Shown one piece after another: positions 40,345-54,011 of a DNA stretch of 64,000 nt. Numbering within the stretch: the first letter of the stretch is position 1; each line of letters opens with the position of its first letter. Source of the stretch: an uncultured Gemmatimonadota bacterium (GTDB taxonomy: Bacteria; GCA-2686955); assembly GCA_964490075.1 (NCBI GenBank), contig CAZBBK010000011.1, positions 1 to 64,000 of the forward strand, written 5' to 3'. Under the pieces are notes generated by a model. It was not told where the DNA came from and made no database searches. It worked only from the letters and a program-made list of their open reading frames with translations. The position numbers and the translations under genes were made by a program.

Positions 40345-42141
40345 TCCTCGCCGCAGCATCGCCGGCCCGGCGCCGTCCAGACGCGCCAGGTAGATCGGAT
40401 TGCTGAACGCCACCGGCTCGTCGTCACTGTTCCAGATCTCGATCCGCACGAAGCCCGAGCTCGCGGTGTCGATCGGGATCGGCTCGCTTGGATCGACCGG
40501 CTCGTGATCGCGCAGGTAGTCGATGTCGTCCCCGGCCTTGCCCTGGACCAGTAGGAAGGTCCAGCTCGGGTCGGGATCCTCGACGTGGATCAAGAGGTTG
40601 AGCGAGGGCAGGTTGTAGTACTCCAGGGTCTCGCCCATGCGGGTGCCGGCGATCTCGATGTCGAGCTGGCCGTCGAAGAGGAAGGGGTCGCCGAACGCCA
40701 CCCGACCGCGCGACAGGGCCCGCAGCATGTTGCCCGCCTGGCGGTCGATCGCCCATATCCAGGAGACGAAGGCGTTGGGGAACATGTCGCGCGAGTAGCT
40801 GCCGCCGTGGTTGTCGCTGACTCCGACCCCGGTGATCACGTCGCCGGCGCTGCTGAGCAGGTCCCAGAGAAAGAGGTGGTAATCGAGGTTGACCTGTCCA
40901 CGGCGGATGTAGCCGACTTCCAGGAGATCGCCGTGGCACAGATCGGAGTAGGTCAAGAGGTTGTGGGCGAAGGCCCGGGCCCGCTCCTCCTGGACCTTCG
41001 GCGGCTGCTCGTACTGGATCAGGGGATTGGTACCGAAGGGGTGGTTGACCGACACCAACCCACCCAGGTCGTGCACGTAGCCGCAGAATTCATCGGCGCG
41101 GAACTCGGTCGGCGCGAAAGGCGGCGGGCCGGTGGCGTAGCGCGGAAGGAAGGCGTTCATGTGCTCCGGCTGCTCGCCGCGCCCGTACTTCAAAGTGTAC
41201 TCATAGCCGACCAGCTGGGGAACTTCGTAGCTGGTCGCATAGCGGTCGGCGAGCCCCTGCACGGCGCCGAAATTATGACTCTTGCTGCCGTAGCGGCTCG
41301 ACAGGATCACGTCGCCCGAGACGATCACCGCAGGCTCCGCCGCCGCGGGGCCCAAAACCCCGAAGCCGACCTGGCGAATGGTGTTGTCGTCGCCCTGCGG
41401 CAGCAGCAGGGCCGGCTCCAGTAGATCGAGCACCAGGTGATGCGGTCCCGGCGTGATCTCCTCGATGATCAACACCTGGCCGCCCTCGACCGTGGTATCG
41501 GGGAGCGCGTCGCCCGGAGGAACGAACTGGTAGAGGATCTGGTGCCCGATGCGTCCGTCGACGGGATCGGGATGGAAGGCCAGATCGACGACCAGAACCA
41601 GCGACATTCCCGAGGGCAGCGATTGCACATCGACGTCCCAGCTGACCTCCGCCCCGCTGGCGACGTGGCGACAGAAATACTCGGTTTGGATCTTCTTGAA
41701 GTTGTCGCCGGTCAGGTAGTAGAGAAAGCGACCGCGCTCGCCGCCGGTGGTGTCGAGCGTGATCGTCAGCGCGCCGCCGGCCAACTCCGCCTCGCGCTCC
41801 CCCATGCCGACCGGCGCCAAGGTGAAGATCGGATGGCGCATCCCCTTCACGGTGAGCGTCGCCGGGTTGAGCACTCCATCGATCAACCAGGTGCGGGCGA
41901 TCGGCCGCATGTCGAAAATCGTGGTGTGATCGGTCCACCACAAGAGATCCATGCCGATGCGTTGCGACTCCGAGGAATGCCACTCCATCGACGAGGGGTA
42001 GTCGGTCTGATTGTGGTTGGAGAGGCCGTGCATGTGCAGCTGCACGCTCCAGGGCACGGGCTCGGGCGGGGCCACCGAGGAAGCGAAGGCGGCGCCGCCG
42101 ACCCCGATCACGGCGAGTGCCGCGGCGATGCTCTTGGTCAT
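40330..42141 (-). CDS. Secreted PHP-fold (CehA/McbA-like) metallohydrolase
   Basis: LHMH, WTDH, NHP, SDNH; signal peptide. Confidence 0.7.
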   Translation of the reverse strand: MTKSIAAALAVIGVGGAAFASSVAPPEPVPWSVQLHMHGLSNHNQTDYPSSMEWHSSESQRIGMDLLWWTDHTTIFDMRPIARTWLIDGVLNPATLTVKGMRHPIFTLAPVGMGEREAELAGGALTITLDTTGGERGRFLYYLTGDNFKKIQTEYFCRHVASGAEVSWDVDVQSLPSGMSLVLVVDLAFHPDPVDGRIGHQILYQFVPPGDALPDTTVEGGQVLIIEEITPGPHHLVLDLLEPALLLPQGDDNTIRQVGFGVLGPAAAEPAVIVSGDVILSSRYGSKSHNFGAVQGLADRYATSYEVPQLVGYEYTLKYGRGEQPEHMNAFLPRYATGPPPFAPTEFRADEFCGYVHDLGGLVSVNHPFGTNPLIQYEQPPKVQEERARAFAHNLLTYSDLCHGDLLEVGYIRRGQVNLDYHLFLWDLLSSAGDVITGVGVSDNHGGSYSRDMFPNAFVSWIWAIDRQAGNMLRALSRGRVAFGDPFLFDGQLDIEIAGTRMGETLEYYNLPSLNLLIHVEDPDPSWTFLLVQGKAGDDIDYLRDHEPVDPSEPIPIDTASSGFVRIEIWNSDDEPVAFSNPIYLARLDGAGPAMLRRGLRID

Positions 42142-42196
42142 GACGATCCTCCGGACGTGCGGGCCATCCCTCTCGAACATATACGATGGATCGGGC

Positions 42197-43126
42197 TCAG
42201 GCGAGCAGCCTCCGGCAATGCTCTCGGTCCTGCTCGAGCTGGGCGCGCAGCTCGTCGGCGCCGGCGAAGCGGATCTCATCGCGGATCCGGTGCCGAAAAC
42301 GCATCGTCAAATGCTCGCCGTAGAGATTGCCTTCGAAGCCGATCAGGTGCACCTCGAAATGGGGCTCCGAATCCTCGCCGAAGGTCGGTCGCAGCCCGAA
42401 GTTGAGCATTCCGATCCAGGTCTCGCTGGATGGGGTGCGCGCCTCGACCGCGTAGACCCCGGTCTTGGGCTGCACCTTGAGCCGCTCCGCCGCGGTCAGG
42501 CTGACGTTGGCGGTCGGGAAGCCGAGCTCCCCGCCCCGGCCGTCGCCCCGATCGACCACGCCGGACAGCGTGAAAGGCTTCTCCAGCATCGCGGCGGCCT
42601 GGTCGACGTCGCCCGCGGCGATGGCGCCGCGGATGCGGGTGCAGGAGACCACCGCGTCGCTGAGCCGCACCGGCGGGATCACCTCGACACCGAACCCGCG
42701 CTCCTCGCCGAGCTCGGTCAGCGAGCGCGCACTGCCGGCGCGGCCGCGTCCGAAGTGGTGGTCGTAGCCGATGATGATCTCGCGGATGCCGAGATGAGCT
42801 AGCAGCATCTTGTGCACGAACTCGCGCGGCGAGAGCAGCGAGATATCGCGGTTGAAACCGATCTCGTAGACGTCGTCCAACCCCAGGGATTCGAGCCGTT
42901 GCAGCTTCTCGCGCCGGTTCAGCAGCAGCCGCGGCGCGCGCGCCGGGTCGACCACCGCCAGGGGGTGGGGCTCGAAGGTCACCAGCATCGAGCGCCCGTC
43001 GAAGGCGCGAGCCCGTTGCATCACCCGCTCGATCACGCGCCGGTGCCCGATGTGCAGCCCGTCGAAGCTGCCCAGCGTGAGGATCACGCCCTCGCCCGGC
43101 TCCGGTGGCTCTGGGAAGACCCGCAT
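42197..43126 (-). CDS. ribF: Bifunctional riboflavin kinase/FAD synthetase
   Basis: GSFDGLHIGH, GFPTAN, LYG..IRDE. Confidence 0.95.
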   Translation of the reverse strand: MRVFPEPPEPGEGVILTLGSFDGLHIGHRRVIERVMQRARAFDGRSMLVTFEPHPLAVVDPARAPRLLLNRREKLQRLESLGLDDVYEIGFNRDISLLSPREFVHKMLLAHLGIREIIIGYDHHFGRGRAGSARSLTELGEERGFGVEVIPPVRLSDAVVSCTRIRGAIAAGDVDQAAAMLEKPFTLSGVVDRGDGRGGELGFPTANVSLTAAERLKVQPKTGVYAVEARTPSSETWIGMLNFGLRPTFGEDSEPHFEVHLIGFEGNLYGEHLTMRFRHRIRDEIRFAGADELRAQLEQDREHCRRLLA

Positions 43127-44046
43127 CAGTCCCTCCGCTCCGCGCCGGGCAGCACGACTCTCGGCTGCAAGAGCGCGGCGCCGTCCTCGCGGCGCAGCTC
43201 CGCCATCGCCACCAGCTCTCCGTCCTCATCGACCAGCCGGACCCCGCCGTCGCCGCGATCGATCTCGAAGGGGCGCAGCTCGCTCGTGGCCAGGCGATGG
43301 CCCTGGCGCACCCGCCGCACCTGATCCCGGTCGAGGCGCGCGGCGGGCAGAAACCCGAGCGCCCGGGCCGGCGCGCGCAGTGCTGCATCCAGCGCCTCGC
43401 GCGACTCGGGCACGGCGATCGCCCCCTCGAGATCGAAGGGGCCCAGCGCCCATCTCTCGAGCGCCACCAGGTGCGCCGGCAGGCCCAAATGCGCCCCGAT
43501 GTCGCGCGCCAGAGAGCGCACATAGGTGCCCGAAGAGACATGCGTGCTGAAATGCACCAGGGGCAGCTCCACCGCCTCGATCGAGAGCGCGTGAACCCTC
43601 ACCCGGCGGCTCGGCACAGCGACCTCTTCGCCGCGCCGGGCTCGCTCGTAGAGCCGCTGCCCCTCGACCCGAATGGCCGAGTAGGCCGGCGGCACCTGGT
43701 CGATCTCGCCGACCAGAGTCGCGGCGGCCGTGGCCACGTCGGCGGCGCTCAGGTCGCTCGGGATCTCGGCCTCTTCAGTGATTCGGCCTTCGGCGTCGAG
43801 GGTGTCGGTCGCCGCCCCCAGGCGCAGCACCGCGCGGTACTCCTTGTCGAGTCCGACCAGATAACGGCTCAGCCGGGTCGCCGCCCCGATCGCGACCAGC
43901 AAGAGTCCGGTCGCCACCGGATCCAGGGTGCCGCAATGCCCCACGCGCGCGCCGCGGCCCAAGAGCCTGCGCACCCTCTGAACGATGGTGTGCGAGGTGG
44001 GGCCGGCGGGCTTGTCAATCGTCAGAAATCCCGCCTGGGTCGCCAT
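43126..44046 (-). CDS. truB: tRNA pseudouridine(55) synthase
   Basis: DKPAG, GHCGTLDP, GTYVRSL. Confidence 0.95.
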   Translation of the reverse strand: MATQAGFLTIDKPAGPTSHTIVQRVRRLLGRGARVGHCGTLDPVATGLLLVAIGAATRLSRYLVGLDKEYRAVLRLGAATDTLDAEGRITEEAEIPSDLSAADVATAAATLVGEIDQVPPAYSAIRVEGQRLYERARRGEEVAVPSRRVRVHALSIEAVELPLVHFSTHVSSGTYVRSLARDIGAHLGLPAHLVALERWALGPFDLEGAIAVPESREALDAALRAPARALGFLPAARLDRDQVRRVRQGHRLATSELRPFEIDRGDGGVRLVDEDGELVAMAELRREDGAALLQPRVVLPGAERRD

Positions 44047-44407
44047 CGCTCGCTTCCGCGTCGCGCTCCTGCGCCAGCTCCGCCAGGAGCCCGCCGATGC
44101 GCATGCTGTGATCGACGCTGTCGTCGTAGACGAAGTCGAGCTCCGGGATCCGCCGCAAGTGCATGCGCCGCCCCAGCTCCATGCGCACCGAGTGGGCGGC
44201 GTGGCGCAGCACCATCATGACTTCGTGCACCGTCGCCGTGTCGCCGACCACGCTCACCCGCACCTTGGCATGACGCAGATCGCGGCTCACCCGCACCCCG
44301 GTCACGGTCGCGAAGGTGACCCGAGGGTCCTTCAGGTAGCCGTTGAAGATCAAGGAGATCTCGCGGCGAAGCTCCGACTCGACCCGGGGTATGCGGTGGC
44401 TGCTCAT
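44015..44407 (-). CDS. rbfA: Ribosome-binding factor A
   Basis: KDPR, SRDLRHAKV, RRIPELDF; position after infB. Confidence 0.92.
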   Translation of the reverse strand: MSSHRIPRVESELRREISLIFNGYLKDPRVTFATVTGVRVSRDLRHAKVRVSVVGDTATVHEVMMVLRHAAHSVRMELGRRMHLRRIPELDFVYDDSVDHSMRIGGLLAELAQERDAEASDGDPGGISDD

Positions 44408-44423
44408 GATGCCGGGCGCGACC

Positions 44424-47326
<2,903 letters not shown>

Positions 47327-47327
<1 letters not shown>

Positions 47328-47959
47328 CAAGAAAACTCCGATTCCTGTGGGGAACCGCGAACCTCGGAACCGCTCGATTCGAGCCGCAATTGGATAGCCC
47401 GGGCCAGGCCGGCGTCAGTCACGACCAGCACCGCGACCGGACGGCGACCGAGCGCCCGCCCGATCTCGTCCTTTTTCGGTCCTCGAACCATCGCCAGCCC
47501 CTGTATACCACGGAGCGTGATCTCCACAGCTCCGCGGAGGTTCTCTCCAGCGTCTTCGGCCAGGACCACCAGCGCGGCATCGCCGCGGTGGATGGCCCCG
47601 ATCGATTCATCTTTGCCGACGCGCAGCCGATTGGCCCTCCTGGCCAGCCCCAGCAGGCCGAGCAGCCGCGCGGCGTGTGCTTCGCGGATCCTCGCGGAAT
47701 CCGCGCGCCGCTCGAGCTCCGACGCGATCCTCTCGATCGTTTCGGCCCTCAGAGCGGGCTTTCTCCTGGGCAGCCCTCGGGATCGGGCCCGCCGCAGGCA
47801 TTCTTCGCAGAGATACTCGCCTCTTCCTGGGTGGTAGTCCGTGCCCCGCGTGAGCAGGATCGTCTCTTCTCGATCGCCCCGCGCGAGCCGCAGGAGCGCT
47901 GTCTTGGGCCGCCGTCGGCGGCAGTCGATGCACTGCCGCACCGGCACCGATCGCGTCAC
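47327..47959 (-). CDS. YlxR (DUF448) - L7Ae/YlxQ fusion protein
   Basis: PVRQCIDC..PGRGEYLCEEC followed by LLGLARRA..LAEDA..IGRALG; lies between nusA and infB. Confidence 0.85.
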
Positions 47960-49320
47960 TCCGTGGGCGCCTCCGGGGCCGCGGGCGCGGCATCTTCCGC
48001 ACCCTCTCCTTGATCGTCCTCGACTCGGGCGGCCGGTTCCTCCTCGTCCTCCTCGAAGCGCACGAAGGCCTTCTGAATCACGCCGACGAGCTGATTCGCG
48101 CGCTCGGCGTCGATTCCCTCGATCTTGAGCAGCCTCTCTTGCGTCACGCCGGCGAGGCCTCTGAGACTCTGGAAGCCGGCGGCGCGAAGCCGCTCAGCCT
48201 CTTCCGCCGCGATCTCGGGGATCTCGGCGATATCGATGTCGCGGCGACCGATCTCTTCGAGGATCTCTCGATACTCGGTCTGACTGATGATGTCGATCCG
48301 GTAGCCGGTGAGGCGCGCCGCCAGGCGGGCGTTCTGCCCGGAGCGGCCGATCGCCAGCGAGAGCTGGTCGTCGCGCACCACCACCGTGACCTTGGGCTCC
48401 TCGGATGCCTCGTCGATCATCACCTCGGAGACCCGCGCCGGGGACAATGCCTTGGTCAGGAACGCGGTGGTGTCGTCGTCCCATTGCACGACGTCGATCT
48501 TCTCGCCGTTGAACTCCTGGGCCACCGAGAGCACGCGCGAGCCCTTGATGCCGACGCAAGCCCCGACCGGATCGATGGCCGGGTTGGTGGACTGCACCGC
48601 GATCTTGGCCCGATCGCCGGCCTCGCGCGCCACCGCCTTGATCTCGACGATTCCTTCGCCGATCTCGGGCACTTCGGCCTCGAAGAGCCGCGCCAGCATG
48701 GCCGGGTGATTGCGGGAGAGCTCGATCATCGGATCGCGCTTGGCGTCGCTCTGCACCGCCAGCACCATGCAGCGGATCCGGTCGCCCTGCCGGTAGCGCT
48801 CGCGGCGAATCTGCTGGCGCCCGCGGATGATTCCCTCGGTCTTGCCGAGGCTGACGATGAGGTTGCCGCGCGAGACCTGCTGCACCGTTCCGGTGACGAT
48901 CTCGCCGAGCTTGGCGCTGTACTCGGTGTAGATCCGGTCCCGCTCCGCCTCGCGGATCTTCTGGGTGATGACCTGTTTGGCGGTCTGGATGGCGTTGCGC
49001 CCAAAGGTCTCGTAGGGGATGCGGATGGTGACCTCGCCGCCGATCTTGGCATCCGGCTCGATCTCGCGCGCCTCCTCGATGAGGATCTCTTCGTACTCGT
49101 CCTCTTCGATCTCGTCGACCACCTTCTTGACCATCACGATCGAGATCTGGCCGCGCTTCTGGTCGATCTCGACGTCGACATTGTCGAGGTTGCGGCGCGC
49201 CCGCATCTTGCGCTTCACCGCGGAGACCAGCCCCTCCTTCACTGTCTCCAGGAGGAACTCCTTGTCGATCTGCTTGTCCCGGACGATCGCGCCGAGCGCC
49301 TCGACGATCTGGTAGTTCAT
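47956..49320 (-). CDS. nusA: Transcription termination/antitermination factor NusA
   Basis: S1 and KH domains (AREAGDRAK, DPVGACVG, AIGRSGQN). Confidence 0.96.
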   Translation of the reverse strand: MNYQIVEALGAIVRDKQIDKEFLLETVKEGLVSAVKRKMRARRNLDNVDVEIDQKRGQISIVMVKKVVDEIEEDEYEEILIEEAREIEPDAKIGGEVTIRIPYETFGRNAIQTAKQVITQKIREAERDRIYTEYSAKLGEIVTGTVQQVSRGNLIVSLGKTEGIIRGRQQIRRERYRQGDRIRCMVLAVQSDAKRDPMIELSRNHPAMLARLFEAEVPEIGEGIVEIKAVAREAGDRAKIAVQSTNPAIDPVGACVGIKGSRVLSVAQEFNGEKIDVVQWDDDTTAFLTKALSPARVSEVMIDEASEEPKVTVVVRDDQLSLAIGRSGQNARLAARLTGYRIDIISQTEYREILEEIGRRDIDIAEIPEIAAEEAERLRAAGFQSLRGLAGVTQERLLKIEGIDAERANQLVGVIQKAFVRFEEDEEEPAARVEDDQGEGAEDAAPAAPEAPTE

Positions 49321-49335
49321 GGCTCTCGATTCCGT

Positions 49336-49800
49336 TCAGTGAGGTCGTTTCGCGCTCGGTTTGGCCAGGTCCGGTACGGCGACCGCCTTCAGGATCGCGG
49401 CGCGCTCGATCGATCGCGCCTCGCTCCTGCCCTGGTCGAGAACCACCATCTCATCGTCGAACTCGGCCAGCACCCCCTGGTGCTCTCCGCCCTCTACCCG
49501 AACCGCGATTCTGCGTCCGAGGTTGCGGCGGAAGTCGAGGTCGTCTCTCAGCGGCCGATCGAGGCCGGGGGAAGAGACCTCGAGCCGGTATCGTCCGGGA
49601 ATCTCCTCGTCTAGCAGAGCAGTCGCCAGACCGTCGGCGGTTTTCAGAAAATCGAAGTCCACGGCACCGTCGGGATTGTCGACGAAGAGCGTGATCCGCG
49701 GCCCGCCCCGGCGCTCGGTCCAGAGCAGCTCGACGAACTCGATGCCCCGAGGCTCGAGCTCGTCACGGATCTTCGTCTCCAGCGATTCGACAGTGTCCAC
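49336..49800 (-). CDS. rimP: Ribosome maturation factor RimP (start uncertain)
   Basis: YRLEVSSPGLDRPL; first gene of the nusA operon. Confidence 0.9.
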   Translation of the reverse strand: MDTVESLETKIRDELEPRGIEFVELLWTERRGGPRITLFVDNPDGAVDFDFLKTADGLATALLDEEIPGRYRLEVSSPGLDRPLRDDLDFRRNLGRRIAVRVEGGEHQGVLAEFDDEMVVLDQGRSEARSIERAAILKAVAVPDLAKPSAKRPH

Positions 49801-49859
49801 GGTCTCTCCGCAAGCCAACAAAATCAAAGAGTGGACCATTGGCCCACTCCAGAAGGGGG

Positions 49860-49889
49860 AGGCTAGCACGCTTCGTGGAGTTGGAACAA
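49860..49889 (-). promoter_or_regulatory. Putative rimP operon promoter, TTGTTC-N18-TAGCCT with extended -10 (TGn)
   Basis: TG-C-TAGCCT upstream of rimP. Confidence 0.45.
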
Positions 49890-49903
49890 GGTGCTGCGGG
49901 CGC

Positions 49904-50200
49904 TTCTGGAGTTTCGATATAGCGGCGCTTTGCGCGATGAGCGCCCGGCTCATGACGAATGGTGCCCGTGCCCATGTCCCAGCCCGATCCCACGAGACTG
50001 GTCGCTGGTTCTTCGACCCCGACCCCGCGCCCGACCCCGACCGGCACCCGATCCTCGGAAGATCTCCGAGCAGAAGCCCGGCGGTCATCCCAAGCGACTG
50101 AGCCCCCTCAGAAGGCGATTTGGACCTCTCAGCGGTCGGCTCAGGGGCCTGACCCGCTTCAGTCGGCGGTTCTGGTCGCTATTTGGCCATCTTCGGCCCC
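49904..50200. repeat. Third copy of the conserved motif, followed by low-complexity GCCC/CGACCC repeats
   Basis: TTCTGGAGTTTCGATATAGCG at 49904-49924 matches the reverse complement of 27974-27994 at 20 of 21 positions. Confidence 0.65.
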
Positions 50201-50229
50201 TGCGTCGGTTCAAGAGCCGATCCGCGCCT

Positions 50230-51320
50230 TCACCACCCGTGCGGCCGCTCCTCCAAGAGCGGAAATCGCTCGCGGGTGATCAGGAGCCAGCGATCGATCT
50301 CCAGCGCCGGTGCGGCCGCGATGCGCAGCTCGTGGATCCCGGCCTCGAGGGGGCGCCGGCCGACTCGGTACCAGATCCACTCGCCCGGGGAAGGGGCGGT
50401 GCCGCCCTTTCCGTTCAGCGGACGGTCGTCGATGGTGACGCGCGGCCAGGGGTTGGGACTGAATCTGAAACGAGCAGGCCCAGGGCCAGCCAGCGAGCAG
50501 GTCGCCGCTGGCGTCGCGCATGTAGACCTGATCGGCGAGTGTCGATGCCCAGAGGCCCGTCGCCTTGCCGCTCTGGATGCCGAAGGCGACAGGGATGGAA
50601 TCGATGGCGCCAAAGGGGGCGCGAGGCCAACCGGGCACGCGCGTTCCTTCGGCGTCCCAGACCTGGATGCGCCCCAGGTAATCAGCGGCGATCACCTCGG
50701 GCCGGGAATCGCCCGCCAGATCGACCAACGAGATCGCCGGTATGACTGCGCTCCCGATCTCGGCGAATACACCATCGTCGCCGATCACCGGTCTGCCATC
50801 GTGGTGGTACCCGTACACCCAGCCGATCGGCTCGAAAGGGTCGCGATAGGCGCCGAAGAAAAACTCCATATCGCCGTCAAGGTCGACATCACAGACCGCG
50901 GCGCTGGACCAGAGGGTCTCTCCGATCTGCAGTGGAGAGCCGGGGGCGTCGCGACCGTTGGAGCGCAGGATGTCTACCTCACCGTCGTCCATATCGACCA
51001 TCACCGGTTGGATCGTCTCGATCTGGCCATCGGCGTCGAGGTCGAAACACGTGTGGTCGGCGAGCGCGCCCTTATTGAGCAGGATCGGCCAGCCGTGCGG
51101 CTCCGAACCGTTCCGACTGATAGCATGAATTCGCGCGCTGGCGGAGTTGCCTGATATTTCCGCCACGGTTACTTCGATCACGCCGTCGTTGTCGATATCG
51201 CTGGCGCCCAGTGCGCCGGTGGTCCCCCAACGCAACGGAATTGGCCAGCCGTCGAGCAGCAGGCCGTACGCATTCCAGGCGCGCAGCTCCAGCGGTCGCC
51301 GAGGCCGGATCGTAGCCGCT
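50230..51320 (-). pseudogene. Truncated, internally deleted paralog of the FG-GAP protein at 28121-29875
   Basis: GWP..DLDxDG repeats; homology jumps frame near 50450 from QIQSQ to the C-terminal domain (IDRWLLITRERFP vs LDRCLFTTRAGFP). Confidence 0.8.
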
Positions 51321-51409
51321 GGCGCCCGGCCCCAGGGACACCTGGTCCGATGCCGTGACCACGCAGCGCACCTTCAGATGCCCGCCCAGCCCCCGGGCCA
51401 GCACCGGCG

Positions 51410-52074
51410 GGTCGATCGAGGCGAGATCGGTGAGCCGGGTATCTATGTCCCAGCCGGGCGCGGTCGCGGCCGCGCCCAGAGTGGCGACGATCGGATCACC
51501 GAGGCCGCCGGGCGAGTCGGCACGGGTCACCCGGATGCGAATGCTGCTCAGAGGACGGCCGGCGACGCCGCTTTCGTCCGGTACGAAGTAGTCGAGCCAG
51601 ACCGCGTACCAGCTCGTGCCTCCGTCCCGCTCCACCGGCAGAATGTTGCCCACTTCGTGACCGGTGAAGCCGATCTGGCGGTCGCCCTCCACGTCGTGGT
51701 CGCGGTAGGAATCGATCAGGCTGCGCTGCAGGCGCCAGGTTGCGCCTTCGTCGTCGCTGCGAGCGAGATGGATGTCGACGCTGGGAACGAAATAACGGTT
51801 TCCGGGGGAACGACGACATGGACGTTGGGCCAGGAGTAGCCCATCCACAGCGTGCCGGTGGCCGGATCCTGGCGCATGCAGGGGTCGGCGAAACCGCGGA
51901 AGTTGGTCGGCATGCCGTTCGGGAACTTCGCCGGCGCGTGCCCTCGATCGAGAGCGGCGAACAGTCGAGGCTGCCGGCGACACAGTCGAGCTCGACGAAA
52001 GCGCCGGCCGGGGGCGCGAAAGGAGAGATCTGCTCGCTGCAGAGAAGAAGCGCGAGAGGGGAGAGAGGACGCAT
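51410..52074 (-). pseudogene. Frameshifted secreted sialidase/BNR-like gene
   Basis: Signal peptide, FRGFADPC and the Asp-box HLARSDDEGATW lie in three different frames. Confidence 0.65.
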
Positions 52075-52139
52075 CGCCGACTCCTACGAGATCGCCTTGG
52101 GTGCGGACCGCCGAATCAAAACGGGCCACTCACTCGCTC

Positions 52140-54005
52140 TCAGGCCTCCTCGATCCAGATCGGGCTGCTCCATGCCATGGCGCCGTCGCGCTGGGACACG
52201 CGAAGGTAGAGGTAGTCGCCCGGCTGGACTTCTAGCAGCAGTCGGAAGCGGCGCTCGAGCGGCCCCGGCTCGGGCTCCAGGTTTGCACGGGCCTCGCCCA
52301 TCTGCACGATCTCGATCCGCTCGATGGGGGCGGTGGCCAGCACCTCGCCGATCGCCACCAGCGGCGCCGGCTCGGCCGCGTCGATCCGCACCACGCCGCC
52401 CATCGGCACACCCTCGAGCGCGAAGCGCACCACGATGCGCGGCCCGGTGGTGGCGAAGACCGAGCGTCGCTTGAGCGCGCGGAAGATCCCCTCGCGGCTG
52501 AGCTCATCCACCCAGAGCCCCGCCATGCCCCAGGGAAAGGGCTCGAGGCGGCGGCCGGGGTGGCCGACGTGGCCGTCACCCGAGCCGATGAAGGCCAATC
52601 GGTAACCCCGGTTCAGGGCATCGATCACGGTATGTCCCGCCTTCGCCCCGCGCACCGCGCCGGGCGCGCCGACCCGCTCCGAGACTCCGTGCACCGAGCT
52701 GATCTCGACCACCGGCTCCAGCGCCGGATCGTGGTGTGCCCAGTCGATCGGGATCGGCTGCCCGGCGGTGTGGTGAGGCACGGTCAGGGCGCGGCTGGAA
52801 TCGAGCGCGGCGAAGAGCTCCGACGGAGTGTCGTAGAGCGAGTCGGTCCACGCCCGCACCGGCCCCCCTTCGTCGCGGAAGTAGACGTTGCGGTGGCCGG
52901 TGACCCAGTTGGTGTACTCGTAGCCCATCACGGCTACATAGACCCCCGGCTCGTGGTAGCGCCGGGCCACCGCCTGCTGCTCGGCCCAGGCCGCGGCGCT
53001 GAGCGGGAAGAGGCCGTGCTGATCGTGGTCGGTGAGCGCCGCGGCATCGAGACCGGCGACGTGGCGGGCGTAGAAATGGTAATCGTCGGCCGCCCCGGTG
53101 CCGTCCGAGAGGGCGCTGTGGCCGTGCAGGTCGGCCCAGACCAGACGCCGGCTGCCGGGGTTGCTGCGCACCGTGGTCGGGTTGCTCTGCGCTTCGCCCA
53201 GGTCGGCGTGGCGGGCCAGCGCCCGGTAGCGTCCCGGCCGCTCCGGTGCGCGGCCGGTCCAGAGCATGGTGCCGCGCGCCCGCGGCCGCAGAGTGGCGAT
53301 TCCGAGGCTGTCGACGAGCTCGCCCTCCCGCACCCAGAAGAGCTCCACCTCTCCCGCGAAGCTCTCGTCGAGGTTGTCCGAGCCGTCCAGGGGCGCCACG
53401 GTCACGCGCACCGGGGCGCCGGGCGCGATCAGGCTGGGCCCGAGCGTGGTCCAGAGGCGCAGCGCCGGCCCCGCCACCAGTCGCAGCGAGGGCGGATCGG
53501 CGATGTCGGCGAAGACCCCGTCCCCATCTCCGTCGACCGCCACCTTGAACACCTGGGCGTCCTCGGCGAAAGGGTCGGCCCGCACCGGCGAGGGTCGCTC
53601 GGGATCGTCGCGACCGTAGTGCAGGGTCAGAATCTCTCCCGGATCGAGTCCACCCCTGCCCGGAGCGACCATCACGTACATGTTGGCCGCGCTGACGCCG
53701 ACCTCGCCGACCTCGAGCCCGCTGGAGCGCTCCACCCGGACGTGGCCGGGCTGCTGCGGATGGGTGTTCTGTGGCCGGGTCCAATGCCAGTAGAGCGGCA
53801 GGTGAAAGACCACCCGCCCTTGTAGTGGCAGCCCCTGAGGCCCGGCGGCGTAGTGGATCTTCCAGGCGCCGATCGAGCCGACCGGAACCTCGGTCCGCGG
53901 CTCGATGGTCGCGCTTCCCGAGCCGTCGGGGACGCCCTCGGAGCTTGGCGCGCAGCCACAGGCCAAGCCGCCCAGGAGCACGATCCACGTCGGCCGGCCC
54001 GGCAC
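52140..54005 (-). CDS. DUF3604 / PHP-fold metallohydrolase lipoprotein
   Basis: LACGC lipobox; WADLHGHSALSDG, TDHD, PHH, SGDGH; ends AWSSPIW. Confidence 0.8.
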   Translation of the reverse strand: MPGRPTWIVLLGGLACGCAPSSEGVPDGSGSATIEPRTEVPVGSIGAWKIHYAAGPQGLPLQGRVVFHLPLYWHWTRPQNTHPQQPGHVRVERSSGLEVGEVGVSAANMYVMVAPGRGGLDPGEILTLHYGRDDPERPSPVRADPFAEDAQVFKVAVDGDGDGVFADIADPPSLRLVAGPALRLWTTLGPSLIAPGAPVRVTVAPLDGSDNLDESFAGEVELFWVREGELVDSLGIATLRPRARGTMLWTGRAPERPGRYRALARHADLGEAQSNPTTVRSNPGSRRLVWADLHGHSALSDGTGAADDYHFYARHVAGLDAAALTDHDQHGLFPLSAAAWAEQQAVARRYHEPGVYVAVMGYEYTNWVTGHRNVYFRDEGGPVRAWTDSLYDTPSELFAALDSSRALTVPHHTAGQPIPIDWAHHDPALEPVVEISSVHGVSERVGAPGAVRGAKAGHTVIDALNRGYRLAFIGSGDGHVGHPGRRLEPFPWGMAGLWVDELSREGIFRALKRRSVFATTGPRIVVRFALEGVPMGGVVRIDAAEPAPLVAIGEVLATAPIERIEIVQMGEARANLEPEPGPLERRFRLLLEVQPGDYLYLRVSQRDGAMAWSSPIWIEEA

Positions 54006-54011
54006 CGCCGC

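Noticed and set aside
50095-50225. Apparent short-period degenerate repeats
   Set aside because: I could not define a consistent unit by eye; a tandem-repeat search would be needed.
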